DNA from: Minisyncoccota bacterium
Lineage (GTDB): Bacteria; Patescibacteriota; Minisyncoccia; Phycocordibacterales; UBA9973
Direction of reading: 5' to 3'
NCBI GenBank assembly: GCA_041667145.1
Contig: JBAYFP010000004.1
Span: 9,100 to 73,099 of the forward strand
Length of the DNA stretch: 64,000 bases
Below, in pieces: positions 8,352 through 18,221 of this stretch. A program made the translations under genes and the position numbers. Within the stretch, counting starts at the first letter, position 1. Each line of letters opens with the position of its first letter. The notes under the pieces were generated by a model that saw only the letters and a program-made list of their open reading frames with translations, did not search any database and had not been told where the DNA came from.

Positions 8352-9014
8352 TTAATTGAGCGTTCCTCCTAAGAATATAGTCAGTTCTTCACCTTTTATC
8401 TCTCGAAGAGTGTTTGATTTTAGATTACCTAATTTGATATTCATTATCCTTTCTCGTTTTAGATCAGCGACTTCTTGGAAAAGGGCAGAGCACATCCTTC
8501 TGATTTGGTGTTTTTTGCCTTCGGTCAATATTACCTTAAATGTGTGGTCGTTTACTATCGTTACTTTACATTTTTTGGTGAGGTATCCCTCTATGTTTAC
8601 ACCTGTTTCCATTTTTTGTTTGAAATTGGAACGTAATTTGTTTAGAGTCTTTACAACATATTCTTTCTCGTGAAAGTATTTTGGATCTAATAATTGGTCT
8701 GTGATCCGTCCATCATTAGTCAATATCATAAGTCCATGCGAAGCTTTATCAAGTCTCCCTAGAGGGAATAGATCTATCCTAGGGGAACTGGTTTCAATTC
8801 CTATTGGTTTATTGTACGCAAAATAAATATATTTTTTCTTTTCCGCTCCTTTTACTTCTACCACATCATCTTTTTCTACTTTACCTCCAAGCACTGCGAG
8901 CTTGCCATTAATAAATACTTTCTTTTTTTCTACTAGTTCATCAGCACCTCTTCTTGTTGAGATTTTTTTTGAAGCCAGATATTTATTTATACGCATTGGA
9001 TACAAGTTATCCAT
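8352..9014 (-). CDS. Pseudouridine synthase, RsuA/RluB family (S4 domain plus catalytic domain)
   Basis: MRINKYLASKKISTRRGADELV is an S4 domain. YFAYNKPIGIETS...GRLDKASHGLMILTNDG is the catalytic Asp motif. Confidence 0.8.
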   Translation of the reverse strand: MDNLYPMRINKYLASKKISTRRGADELVEKKKVFINGKLAVLGGKVEKDDVVEVKGAEKKKYIYFAYNKPIGIETSSPRIDLFPLGRLDKASHGLMILTNDGRITDQLLDPKYFHEKEYVVKTLNKLRSNFKQKMETGVNIEGYLTKKCKVTIVNDHTFKVILTEGKKHQIRRMCSALFQEVADLKRERIMNIKLGNLKSNTLREIKGEELTIFLGGTLN

Positions 9015-12008
9015 TTAGCCGTGTTTTTTACTTGTTTCTTCAGGTGCAACAACCATTCGTTGAGATCCGTAATATGCTTTTCTTATTGCTAAAGCTAACA
9101 AGACGAGGAATAGAATAATTAAAAGCCAGCCCAATAAAGTATTGGGTAAAAAACCACTACCTGCTAGAAGTGCTAGTGCTCCTAGTGGGGTAGTATTGTT
9201 TTCTTCTGTTGTTGTAGGTTCACTCCAAACTTGTGCAGAGACATTGGCATTTACTGATTGTGGCTGACCTGAAGGATCAATATAACTCAATATTGCAGGG
9301 AAATTCAAATTTGTTCCGGCGGGGATGTTGTCGCGCACTCGTACTCGGACTGTCACTGTGCCTTGCCCATTTGCTTTCAATGTTCCTAAGTTAAAGATTA
9401 AATTATTACCAGAAATATTTGGGTTACTTGGTGTTGAGGATATGTAGTTTACTTCGTATGGGAGAATCATTTGTAGAGTAAGGTTGGTGATTGCTCCTGT
9501 ACCAATATTTTGATAATTTACAGTGTAATTAATTTCATCTCCCGGACGTGGTCTAGTATTATCTATAGTAGGAACTATTGGTTGATTGCGGTCAACGGAA
9601 GAAGTGATAAGTACTAGAGATGTCGGAGCAGGTTTTGGATTGTTATTAGTAATTACTTGTGCGCGTACATTAACCATTACAGAATCGGTGGATGTTCCGA
9701 AACTATTACTACAAGTGATGGTGTATGTTTTGCTCCCACTCAACGATCCAGTGTAAAAACTAGCTGGGCCAATACTTTTTTCACCTGCCCATCCGATAGA
9801 TCCACCACTTGCATAACAAGATGTTGCACTAATTGTGCCCCATCGTATTGAAGTTGATCCATTGTAAGCTAGATTTGTTTGGTCTGCATCAATGACTACT
9901 GTCGGTTGGTTGTTGATCACTATTGGTATTGGTTGTTGTTGAGTCACGACGTTCACTGTCACTGACTTTATGTCAGAATTACCATTGTAATTTGAACAAG
10001 AAATAGTGTAAGTCGTAGTATATGTTAAAGGGCCAGTGTTAAAAGTATTAGAATAAATGTTTCGTGACCCTGCCCAACCATTACTGCCACCGCTTGCATA
10101 ACAAGATGTCGCATTGATCGGGTACCAACGAATTATAGTACTTCCATTATAAACGACATTTTGTTGATCGGCTGTGAGACTGACGCTTACTGTCGGTCGA
10201 TAATTATTGTAATAATAGTCGCAAGGCAATGTCCCTCTGTAGTTTGTTGCATCGGGGTCCTGACAAGTTGAAACTCGGTGGTAATAACTACATGGTAACG
10301 TTTCTCTGTAGTTTGTTGCATTTGGGTCTTGGCAAGTTAAGATTCGTCTGTAGTAGTCGCAAGGCAATGTTCCTCTATAATTTGTTGCATTTGGGTCTTG
10401 GCAAGTTAAGACTGGTTGGTTTCCGACATAAACTGTTACTAGATCAGAATCTGACCCGACATTATTTGTACAAGTAATACTGTAAGTCGTAGTTGCATAC
10501 AATGCTCCAGTGTAGAAATTACTTGATAAACTATTGTTTGTATTGAAGTTTGTTCCATAACAAGATGTTGCTCTTTCTGATTTCCAAGTGAGGTAAGTGG
10601 AACCACCATAAGAAAGGTTTGTATCAGTCGCTTTTAGTGTCACAGTTGGGGCTTGTGGTATTACAATAGATGAACATGTACTCCCATTCCATGAAGTTCC
10701 TGAAGCACAACTTGAAGTTGCTGTCGCTTGGTCGAGAAGAATAGAACTATTATAAAGATAAAAAGTTTGAGAACTATAAGGAATCGAAACCGATAAATTA
10801 TATCCTGAATTTGCATTGGAAATATTTACGTTTCCTGATTTAGTGACAGCAGAAATACCTTGTGGATTTATTGTGTCCCATGTGAGATTTACATTACAAC
10901 TATTATTTCCTGAAGGGATGATACATGAAGAAGGGTTGAGAGTAAGACTACCAGACATTTGTAATTGCTGTTGACGGACTGTTATGTCCACGAATTCTGT
11001 GGCGTTTCCCCCTGGCCCAGTACATGTGATTGAGTAAGTTTTATTTGAATATAAAGCTCCAGTTGATTCAGTTGTTGTGTTAGAAGAAGCTGTTTTTGGT
11101 CCATACCAAGAACCAGTTGCATTACATGATGTTGCATTAGTTGAAGACCAAGATAATGTAGAAACACCACCGTATGATACTGTCATTGGAGACGCAGTTA
11201 GTGTGACAGTAGGGCGAGGTGTGACTTGTCCATTTACAGTTACACTTGTAAAAGCTTTTGCTTCTCCTGCACTATTAGTACAAGTAATATTAAAAGTTTT
11301 TGTTGAATATAAAGCTCCTGTAGCTTGGCTACCAGAATTTGCTCTGCTTCCAGACCAACCATCTCCACTTGCGATACAAGTCGGATTATTGGTTGAAGAC
11401 CAAAAAATAGTAGAAGAACCTCCGTAAGGGACTTGTGTAGGATTTGCATAAATAGTGACAGTAGGAGGATATGTGATTACAACACATGCTGGATTTGTAT
11501 ATGTTTGAGAAGAAGGACCTGAACAAGTTGCTCCTCCATTAGCAGGACTTGGGTTTGTACATGTACGAGTTTGAACTCCTGAGATTCCACAAGAAGTGTC
11601 TTTTGCACTCCAATCACTCCAGCCACCGTTTATGGGAGTTGGGGTTACGGGGCATGCGGGGGTGGTAAAAGTTTCAGTTGTAGCAGGTATATAAGTACCA
11701 TCACTTTGCACAGCTAATCTATAATAGTAGTTGGTATTTTGGCTTAATCCTGATAAATTAGCACTTACTTCTTTATCATAATTAAATTGCTGATATCCAA
11801 TTCTTGTTCCGTTACCATTTTGGACTGTTGTTCTATCATTTCCCCATTCAAACCAAGCATTCACAGTAGTGTTGTTTGGCCATACATTCCCATATATAGT
11901 TGCACTATTACAGGTGACGTCTGGAATTCTGGCGAAAGCGGTGTTGACACCACAAAAGAGCCCTATAAGAGTTAAAGCGATTAATATGTTTGATTTGATT
12001 TTAGTCAT
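9015..12008 (-). CDS. Large secreted or cell-surface protein with repeated Ig-like/fibronectin-like domains and an LPxTG-like C-terminal anchor
   Basis: 997 aa. N-terminal signal peptide (MTKIKSNILIALTLIGLFCGVNTAFA). Several ~90-aa repeats (…YGG.STL.WSSTNATSC…TGALYS.KTY.ITCT). Three ~24-aa tandem repeats (TCQDPNATNYRGTLPCDYY). C-terminal LPNTL, then a hydrophobic helix and a KAYYG basic tail. Confidence 0.8.
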   Translation of the reverse strand: MTKIKSNILIALTLIGLFCGVNTAFARIPDVTCNSATIYGNVWPNNTTVNAWFEWGNDRTTVQNGNGTRIGYQQFNYDKEVSANLSGLSQNTNYYYRLAVQSDGTYIPATTETFTTPACPVTPTPINGGWSDWSAKDTSCGISGVQTRTCTNPSPANGGATCSGPSSQTYTNPACVVITYPPTVTIYANPTQVPYGGSSTIFWSSTNNPTCIASGDGWSGSRANSGSQATGALYSTKTFNITCTNSAGEAKAFTSVTVNGQVTPRPTVTLTASPMTVSYGGVSTLSWSSTNATSCNATGSWYGPKTASSNTTTESTGALYSNKTYSITCTGPGGNATEFVDITVRQQQLQMSGSLTLNPSSCIIPSGNNSCNVNLTWDTINPQGISAVTKSGNVNISNANSGYNLSVSIPYSSQTFYLYNSSILLDQATATSSCASGTSWNGSTCSSIVIPQAPTVTLKATDTNLSYGGSTYLTWKSERATSCYGTNFNTNNSLSSNFYTGALYATTTYSITCTNNVGSDSDLVTVYVGNQPVLTCQDPNATNYRGTLPCDYYRRILTCQDPNATNYRETLPCSYYHRVSTCQDPDATNYRGTLPCDYYYNNYRPTVSVSLTADQQNVVYNGSTIIRWYPINATSCYASGGSNGWAGSRNIYSNTFNTGPLTYTTTYTISCSNYNGNSDIKSVTVNVVTQQQPIPIVINNQPTVVIDADQTNLAYNGSTSIRWGTISATSCYASGGSIGWAGEKSIGPASFYTGSLSGSKTYTITCSNSFGTSTDSVMVNVRAQVITNNNPKPAPTSLVLITSSVDRNQPIVPTIDNTRPRPGDEINYTVNYQNIGTGAITNLTLQMILPYEVNYISSTPSNPNISGNNLIFNLGTLKANGQGTVTVRVRVRDNIPAGTNLNFPAILSYIDPSGQPQSVNANVSAQVWSEPTTTEENNTTPLGALALLAGSGFLPNTLLGWLLIILFLVLLALAIRKAYYGSQRMVVAPEETSKKHG
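10205..10425. repeat. Three ~72-bp tandem DNA repeats inside the surface-protein gene; they encode the TCQDPNATNYRGTLPCDYY repeats
   Basis: The repeated unit …ctctgtagtttgttgcatygggtcytgrcaagtt… appears three times. Confidence 0.7.
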
Positions 12009-12106
12009 TTTATTAATATGTTATTTTTAAAGAGTTTATTAGACTCTCCAAAATGGTCGATATTGATTCTACAATCAAGTAATTATATCAATAACTTTGG
12101 AGAATC

Positions 12107-12140
12107 GTGGAAGCTTTATTCTAAAAAGATAAAGCTTCCA
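12107..12140. terminator. Strong stem-loop terminator downstream of minus-strand gene 12157..12918
   Basis: TGGAAGCTTTAT-TCTAAAAAGA-ATAAAGCTTCCA, a 12-bp perfect stem. Confidence 0.6.
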
Positions 12141-12156
12141 CAAAACATTTTTGATC

Positions 12157-12918
12157 TTAAAACAATGCAACATTTAGCAAGTAGGTGATCAGTCCACTTG
12201 CTGCACCGCATCCTATTGCGGCCACTACATTAAATTTTTTCTCTTCGGTCACATTGACCTTATTCGGACCGAAGACAATAGTACCGTCTCCGCTTTGGAG
12301 ACTTACTCCAGGGACAACGACAACATTTGTTGTTGTTGTCTGGAATAGATAACCACCGGCCACTGTACCAAGGCCAGCCCCAAGAATTGTGGTGAACGTT
12401 TTTGTGGTCGTCCACGACTTTTCTTCTGAGAATGTTGGTGGTGCGGGGGGTGAAGATTTCACCCCCTCGAAGAGCATCAACTTGAGCTCTGCGAGATTAT
12501 AGGATGTGGGACGCCGGAGGAGTTCATCCATTCCCTCCTGAAGACTTTTTAACCTTGACAGCATATCTTCACATGCTGACTTATAGTTATTTTCGTCTTC
12601 GAAAGAGATTTCTTTCCCTTCAGGCCTCCAGTTAGCGGTAACGACATCGTTTCCGCAAACCGCTACCCACTTTGCAATATGAGTTTCTCGGTCACATATG
12701 ACCAAGACCCCCGCCACTAAGTGGTTAGTGTACTCCCTCCCTCCCTCCCCTTTTATCGTGATCGTGGGGGAATCATGAGACAAAACGATTCCTATCTCGT
12801 TTTCCCAATCAGGGACCTTGGAAGGATCCTGAGGATTTCTGTTCAGCAGAAACTGAGCCGAACATGTTGTCGTCCCAAGAAGGACAACAACCATTAGAAA
12901 CAATAATGAATTTTTCAT
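12157..12918 (-). CDS. Hypothetical secreted or membrane-anchored protein (N-terminal signal peptide, C-terminal TM helix). The coding DNA is unusually GC-rich.
   Basis: Start moved to MKNSLLFLMVVVLLGTTTCSAQ, which is preceded by AAGGAGGG 7 nt upstream. C-terminal hydrophobic AAIGCGAASGLITYLLNVALF. GC-rich tracts such as ccccctccctccctcccc. Confidence 0.55.
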   Translation of the reverse strand: MKNSLLFLMVVVLLGTTTCSAQFLLNRNPQDPSKVPDWENEIGIVLSHDSPTITIKGEGGREYTNHLVAGVLVICDRETHIAKWVAVCGNDVVTANWRPEGKEISFEDENNYKSACEDMLSRLKSLQEGMDELLRRPTSYNLAELKLMLFEGVKSSPPAPPTFSEEKSWTTTKTFTTILGAGLGTVAGGYLFQTTTTNVVVVPGVSLQSGDGTIVFGPNKVNVTEEKKFNVVAAIGCGAASGLITYLLNVALF

Positions 12919-13082
12919 ATTCAGAGGCCCTCCTTTTGAGCCTTCTAAAACATTGTTGTAAATAACATGATTTAAAATCTTATTGTAGTATATCAGACTT
13001 GACAAGAAAAGTCAAGACATGTACTACATATCCATTACAGTTGACGTGTTAGCCGTAATATGTTTACATGACAAAAAAATAC

Positions 13083-13541
13083 CTAAAAATTAGATGTTTT
13101 TACTTGAGGTCTTATCTGAATTGTTTTTGCAGTAATACTGCCGTCTGTGTTTGCAGTACCTGTAACTATGATTTGTGTGCCAGTTGCCAAATCATTTAGA
13201 GAACCAGTAATTGTTTTTGTAACTTCAGTACTAGTACCTAAAAGAATAATTTTTGAACCAACTTGAGTGTTTGTGGAATTTGGATCTATATTATTTATTT
13301 TGACTGTGACACTATTTGCATCTTTAGAAAGTATTTCTCCTGAAACAAAACCACTACCATTCATTCTGCCATTTCTGTTTCCCATACCAGGTTGTCCGGT
13401 TCTGTTTTGTCCGTTTTGGTTGAATCCATTTGATCCAAACAGTGGAATCTGACTTTTTCCATAAGTCATACCCCCATAAAATACTCCCATTAAAATTATA
13501 ATTCCTACTATTGCATAAATAATTGTGTTTTTATTTTTCAT
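13083..13541 (-). CDS. Small N-terminally anchored protein, paralog of 17248..17751
   Basis: 152 aa. N-terminal TM helix. C-terminal domain alignable with 17248..17751 (G.I..I....I...T..V.LL..T....S.L.D.IIV.G..N..G.I.AK.I...P). Confidence 0.6.
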   Translation of the reverse strand: MKNKNTIIYAIVGIIILMGVFYGGMTYGKSQIPLFGSNGFNQNGQNRTGQPGMGNRNGRMNGSGFVSGEILSKDANSVTVKINNIDPNSTNTQVGSKIILLGTSTEVTKTITGSLNDLATGTQIIVTGTANTDGSITAKTIQIRPQVKTSNF

Positions 13542-13654
13542 CCCAGTACTAAAATTTTATTTACTATTAATAATATTGACCTTTTTTATCTCCCATCCTT
13601 TATTTTTAATATTTATGTAATTTAATTAAAAATTTAGTACGGGACAAGTATTTT
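13542..13654. repeat. Long-loop member of the CCCAGTACT/AGTACGGGACAGG hairpin family, abutting the start codon of 13083..13541
   Basis: CATCCCAGTACTAAAATTTTA...AAAATTTAGTACGGGACAAGTATTT. Both arms are nearly identical to the copy at 63240..63316. Confidence 0.55.
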
Positions 13655-13658
13655 TTTT

Positions 13659-13680
13659 CTAGAACCTAGAACCTAGAAAC
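13659..13680. repeat. Short tandem repeat (CTAGAAC)x3
   Basis: ctagaacctagaacctagaaac. Confidence 0.4.
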
Positions 13681-13684
13681 TAAT

Positions 13685-14908
13685 TTACTCATATCTCAAA
13701 GCATCTATCGGATTAAGTTTTGATGCTCTTGTTGCCGGATAATATCCGAAAACGATACCAATGATTGCTGAGACACCAAAGGCAAGCAATATGGAACTGA
13801 TAGAAACTTTTGTAGTGATCAGACCAGTTTTGGTTATGACGAAGGATATGAGCCAACCAAGAATTACCCCGATGACTCCACCGATGAATGTGAGCATTAC
13901 CGCTTCTAATAAAAATTGACTGCTGATGTCTTTTCTTTTCGCACCGATTGCTTTTCTTAAACCTATTTCGCGTGTTCGCTCTGTCACTGTAGTAAGCATC
14001 ATATTCATAATTCCTATCCCGCCGACGAGAAGAGAGATACCAGCTATCGCAGCGAGAAGTGTCGTGAAGGTACTTGTTATAGATGAAGCAGTGGCTAAAA
14101 TATCTGCTTGATTAAGTGTAGAAAAATCAGCAAGTGCTGGGTCTCCTATATGATGTCTTGCGAGAAGGAGAGTAGTAACATCATTTTGTACTTGAGAAGT
14201 TGTATCTGAACTTTCAGCAGATACACTAATGGAGGTGACGTATTGATCTCCAGAAAGGTACTTTTGAGCCGTGGTTATAGGAATAAATATCATGTCGTCT
14301 GAATTACCAAAACCAGTTCCACCTTTTGTTTGAGTTACTCCTATGACTTTGAATTGCATATTTCTTATACGAATTATTTGCCCAAGTGCTTCTCCTCCGG
14401 TTCCCCATAAATCATCTCGTACAGCTGGGCCTACCACAGCGACTTTAGCTCCACTTTCAATATTTGAATCAGTTACGAATGATCCTTCGTCGATTTGTAT
14501 ATTGTGTATGTCGGGATAATTTGAAGTGACACCATCGACAGTAGTGTTGGTATTTGTTCCTTTTGCTGTCACTTGATAGCGCCCAGAAACTTCTGCTCCA
14601 GCAGCTTTTACAGAGGACACTTCTTTGGAGATAGCATTAGAATCTTCTATCGTTAAAGATTTTGCTGTTCCACGTCCTGTATTTACTTGTGTTCCTGCTC
14701 CACGTGGAGCCCCAGGACGGATGGTTATGAGGTTTGATCCGATAGATTGAATAGAATCAGTGATAGAACTTTGTGCTCCCGTGCCTATCGCTGTCATGGC
14801 TATCACAGAACTGATACCTATCACAATGCCGAGCATCGTAAGACCCGATCGAATTTTATTCGAAGAGAGAGCACTATATGTTTCTTCTAGTATATCTTTT
14901 ATTTTCAT
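13685..14908 (-). CDS. ABC transporter permease, FtsX/MacB family
   Basis: 407 aa. N-terminal TM helix, large periplasmic domain, then three C-terminal TM helices. The C-terminus LNPIDALRYE is typical of MacB/FtsX permeases. Confidence 0.85.
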   Translation of the reverse strand: MKIKDILEETYSALSSNKIRSGLTMLGIVIGISSVIAMTAIGTGAQSSITDSIQSIGSNLITIRPGAPRGAGTQVNTGRGTAKSLTIEDSNAISKEVSSVKAAGAEVSGRYQVTAKGTNTNTTVDGVTSNYPDIHNIQIDEGSFVTDSNIESGAKVAVVGPAVRDDLWGTGGEALGQIIRIRNMQFKVIGVTQTKGGTGFGNSDDMIFIPITTAQKYLSGDQYVTSISVSAESSDTTSQVQNDVTTLLLARHHIGDPALADFSTLNQADILATASSITSTFTTLLAAIAGISLLVGGIGIMNMMLTTVTERTREIGLRKAIGAKRKDISSQFLLEAVMLTFIGGVIGVILGWLISFVITKTGLITTKVSISSILLAFGVSAIIGIVFGYYPATRASKLNPIDALRYE

Positions 14909-14910
14909 GA

Positions 14911-15594
14911 TTAATTTTTTTTAATATCACTTACGATCATTCCGTCTTTAATATGAATTATTCTATCTGCATGATCTGCGACATCTTGTTCGTGAGTGAT
15001 CAGAATAATAGTACGTCCAAAATTGCGGTTAAGTTTTTGGAATGTGTCTAGAACTATCTCTCCAGTTTTTGAGTCGAGATTTCCTGTAGGTTCATCGGCA
15101 AGAATGAGCGTGGGATTATTTACGAGGGCGCGAGCTATAGCTACACGCTGGATTTGTCCACCCGAGAGTTGATTAGAGAGATGTCCAAAATGTGTTTCCT
15201 CTAACCCTGCATCAAGAAGTGCAGTTTTTGCCCGTTTATCTCGTTCTTCACCGTGGATTCCTTCATAAACAAGTGGTAAAGAAACATTACGTAATACTGT
15301 GGCACGAGGGAGAAGATTAAATGCTTGAAAGACAAAACCTATTTTATCTCTTCTTATATCTGCTAGCTCATCATCGGAGAGAGTAGAGACATCTTTACCA
15401 TCCAAGAGATATGTTCCAGAGGTTGGGCTGTCGAGTGCACCCAAAATATGCATGAGAGTTGATTTACCTGAACCAGATGGCCCCATAATTGCGACATATT
15501 CTCCATCATTAATGGTAAAACTTGCACCTTTGAGGGCGGTGAAATCTTCTACGCTACTTTTATAAATTTTTGTGATGTCTTTTACTTCTATCAT
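14911..15594 (-). CDS. ABC transporter ATP-binding protein (MacB/LolD-like)
   Basis: Walker [10 protein letters not shown]. Signature [15 protein letters not shown]. Walker [12 protein letters not shown]. Confidence 0.9.
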   Translation of the reverse strand: MIEVKDITKIYKSSVEDFTALKGASFTINDGEYVAIMGPSGSGKSTLMHILGALDSPTSGTYLLDGKDVSTLSDDELADIRRDKIGFVFQAFNLLPRATVLRNVSLPLVYEGIHGEERDKRAKTALLDAGLEETHFGHLSNQLSGGQIQRVAIARALVNNPTLILADEPTGNLDSKTGEIVLDTFQKLNRNFGRTIILITHEQDVADHADRIIHIKDGMIVSDIKKN

Positions 15595-15600
15595 GAATTT

Positions 15601-17241
15601 TTATCTTTCAAAACCTCCTGCACCTCCTATGGCACGAGTGCCGCCACCTCCTAGTAGGGAAGAAGTTGATGCAGTGCTCGTCGTGGTACTGGTGATAGTA
15701 CGAGAAACTATTTGATCGCCCTCCTTTAAACCAGAGACAATTTCTGTGTTTGTATCATCTGAAATTCCTGTTTCTACTATTACTTGAGAAGGCGCCACCT
15801 TTGAAGGTGTTCCAAGTGAACCTGTGGTTGGTGAGGCGAGTGGTGGTGTAAACATTTGAACATATTTTGTAACACCTTGATTTTTTATGGCGCTTGAAGG
15901 TACTATCAGTACGTCTGTTTTTGAATTGGTGATGATGGAAGCTGAGACACTCATCCCTGGTTTCACTTGGCTATTTTCAGTATCAAAAGCAATTTTTACA
16001 TTATATGATACGACACCTTGGGAAACTGTACCTATGGTGTCGATTTGTGCTACGTAGCCAGTCAATGACAGATTGTCTATTGCATCGAATGTAATTGTCG
16101 CTTTTTGTCCGAGTTTTATTTTTGCGACATCTACTTCATTCATGGATAAGGTAGCTATTTGTTGATTCGTTATTATAGAACCAAGTGTACCTGAAGATGT
16201 ATCTCCGACTTTAGCTATCACACTTGCTATAGTTCCATTGAATGGAGCGAAAACATAATAATCTTTTAATTTATCTTTAGCGTCTTGTAGAGCATTTTCT
16301 TTTTGCTTCACAGATAATTCTGAAGATTGTAAATCTAGATCAGTGTTAGTGAATGAATCTTTAGAGTTTTTTATGGTTGTTTCTGATGTTAGTAGATCAT
16401 TATAATATCCAGTGGTTGTATTTTTGTATGTTAATAAAGTACTTTGATAAGAAGAGAGTGAAGAATTATTTTCAGTATCTTCTGTCATAAAAACTATGTA
16501 GGTTCGTAAATTTTTTATTGCATCATTTGTAAGACTAGTCATTGCATAAGTTTGATTGATTATTTTTTCTATATCTTCTTTAGGAGAGTCATGTGTGAGC
16601 GTAATATAATACCTTCTATTTTCATCGAATGAATTTTTTGCATCATAGTATGTATCCTCGGCTTTGTTTCTGTAATCTAATGCGGTTTTTCCATTCATTC
16701 GAGCGACATTATCTGAGAGTTCTTGATTATTAAGAATACTTTCAATACCAGTCATTACGTCTGATAAATCTAAGAATGTGTTTGAAACTGTATTAAAGCC
16801 ATCCTCATAAGCTTTTGATAGATCAGTATTTAGACTATCATTTGAATTTTGGAGTTTAAATTTATCCAAAGAAATTTGTGCAGACTGTAAGTTTATTTCT
16901 GCATCACGAACAGCTTTTTGTGCATCTCCATTATCGATAGAGAAAAGTGTTTTTCCTTTATAAACAATATCTCCGGGTTTAACTCCAACGTAAGTGATGG
17001 TGCCTGATACATTTGCTTTTAAATCAATTTGATTAGAACTTTCCACTTGTCCGCTTGCAGAGACAGATGAGACGATGGTGCCTTTTTGTACTGTTGTTGT
17101 CACATATTGTGTTTCGCCAGTTGTGTTTGTAGCTTTTCCGTAGCCCCAATACCCTATATATAAGACCATTATCAAGACGATGATGCTTATTATTTTATGG
17201 GAAAAAATATAAAATTTTATTTTTTTAATGTATTCTTGCAT
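15601..17241 (-). CDS. HlyD/MacA-family periplasmic adaptor (membrane fusion protein)
   Basis: 546 aa. N-terminal TM helix, long coiled-coil segment, beta-barrel and lipoyl-like segments (VQKGTIVSSVSASGQVES…). It leads the ABC ATPase-permease operon. Confidence 0.7.
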   Translation of the reverse strand: MQEYIKKIKFYIFSHKIISIIVLIMVLYIGYWGYGKATNTTGETQYVTTTVQKGTIVSSVSASGQVESSNQIDLKANVSGTITYVGVKPGDIVYKGKTLFSIDNGDAQKAVRDAEINLQSAQISLDKFKLQNSNDSLNTDLSKAYEDGFNTVSNTFLDLSDVMTGIESILNNQELSDNVARMNGKTALDYRNKAEDTYYDAKNSFDENRRYYITLTHDSPKEDIEKIINQTYAMTSLTNDAIKNLRTYIVFMTEDTENNSSLSSYQSTLLTYKNTTTGYYNDLLTSETTIKNSKDSFTNTDLDLQSSELSVKQKENALQDAKDKLKDYYVFAPFNGTIASVIAKVGDTSSGTLGSIITNQQIATLSMNEVDVAKIKLGQKATITFDAIDNLSLTGYVAQIDTIGTVSQGVVSYNVKIAFDTENSQVKPGMSVSASIITNSKTDVLIVPSSAIKNQGVTKYVQMFTPPLASPTTGSLGTPSKVAPSQVIVETGISDDTNTEIVSGLKEGDQIVSRTITSTTTSTASTSSLLGGGGTRAIGGAGGFER

Positions 17242-17247
17242 AATTGT

Positions 17248-17751
17248 TTATTGATTCAATAGATTAGGTCCTCCTCTCATCATTAGTTGAGGTGAGGGCA
17301 TTACTCTAATAAACTTTGCTTCTATTTGACCTTGATTATTTGGAGAACCTATGACTATTATGTAATCGTCTAAGGATAAGTCTGTGGATTTTATATTTGC
17401 CATCATTTCCTGTATTTGAGTGTTGTCGCTTAGGAGAATCACCTTTTCTGTGTTGTTCTTGTCTCGCACTATTATTGTTGGTAATGTTATTTTTATAATT
17501 TTACCTATAGCGCCATTAGCATTTGGAAAATTATCTTTTCCAAAACCAGACATAGGACCACTTGGTCTCATTCCAAAGTTTTTCTCATAATTTTCTCCCC
17601 AAGCACGACCGAAAGATGCTTTATGAAAACCGACAGAAACCCCAGCAGAAAATATTAGTATTACTATTATGATTGCTCCTATTAAATATATAAAACCTGT
17701 AGAAACTTTCGACTCAAAAACCTTTTTTATGTCTTCGTATATTTTTTTCAT
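17248..17751 (-). CDS. Small N-terminally anchored protein, paralog of 13083..13541
   Basis: 167 aa. N-terminal TM helix. The C-terminal domain is homologous to the 13083..13541 product. Confidence 0.6.
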   Translation of the reverse strand: MKKIYEDIKKVFESKVSTGFIYLIGAIIIVILIFSAGVSVGFHKASFGRAWGENYEKNFGMRPSGPMSGFGKDNFPNANGAIGKIIKITLPTIIVRDKNNTEKVILLSDNTQIQEMMANIKSTDLSLDDYIIVIGSPNNQGQIEAKFIRVMPSPQLMMRGGPNLLNQ

Positions 17752-17756
17752 ATGGT

Positions 17757-18173
17757 TTATGCTATGCCATAGGTATTACCCATGTTGCTATTATTAATAA
17801 TTTGCTTTGCTATGTACTTGATTGACATGAGGATGATGAAGATAAGGGAGAGAGAAAGCACAATGCTCATTGTGGGCAATGATTCAATGATAGAGAGTGA
17901 AAGTTCTTGCCAATAAGAAGTGATAGAGCTTCCATTAGAGAATATTAAAGATAAGTATTCATAAAAACCTGATTGCGTAAGGTCATTAGATAATATCTGC
18001 CAAGCGGGGAAGAGCCCTATTAGTGAGGCGACCCCGATAGAAGAAAATGCCCATAATTTTATATAAGCTATACGTTTATTACGTAAAAGTATATTGTTCC
18101 AAACATTAAGAGATAAACCAGATTTCTCTTTATATCTGGCATTTTTAAAAGCTTTTGATAGTTCTTTTTCCAT
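17757..18173 (-). CDS. Hypothetical integral membrane protein
   Basis: 138 aa with two or three hydrophobic helices. Tightly packed in the operon. Confidence 0.45.
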   Translation of the reverse strand: MEKELSKAFKNARYKEKSGLSLNVWNNILLRNKRIAYIKLWAFSSIGVASLIGLFPAWQILSNDLTQSGFYEYLSLIFSNGSSITSYWQELSLSIIESLPTMSIVLSLSLIFIILMSIKYIAKQIINNSNMGNTYGIA

Positions 18174-18221
18174 ATACTATATATACGGACGGAGAACCTA
18201 TTTTGGTGCATTTTTATGAAT

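Noticed and set aside
9657-11975. Several 60-116-aa ORFs on both strands inside the surface-protein gene (9657, 10229, 10982, 11077, 11240, 11787)
   Set aside because: All are embedded in or antisense to the 997-aa ORF. ORF 10229 merely mirrors the 72-bp tandem repeats (SLLHLGLGKLR repeats).
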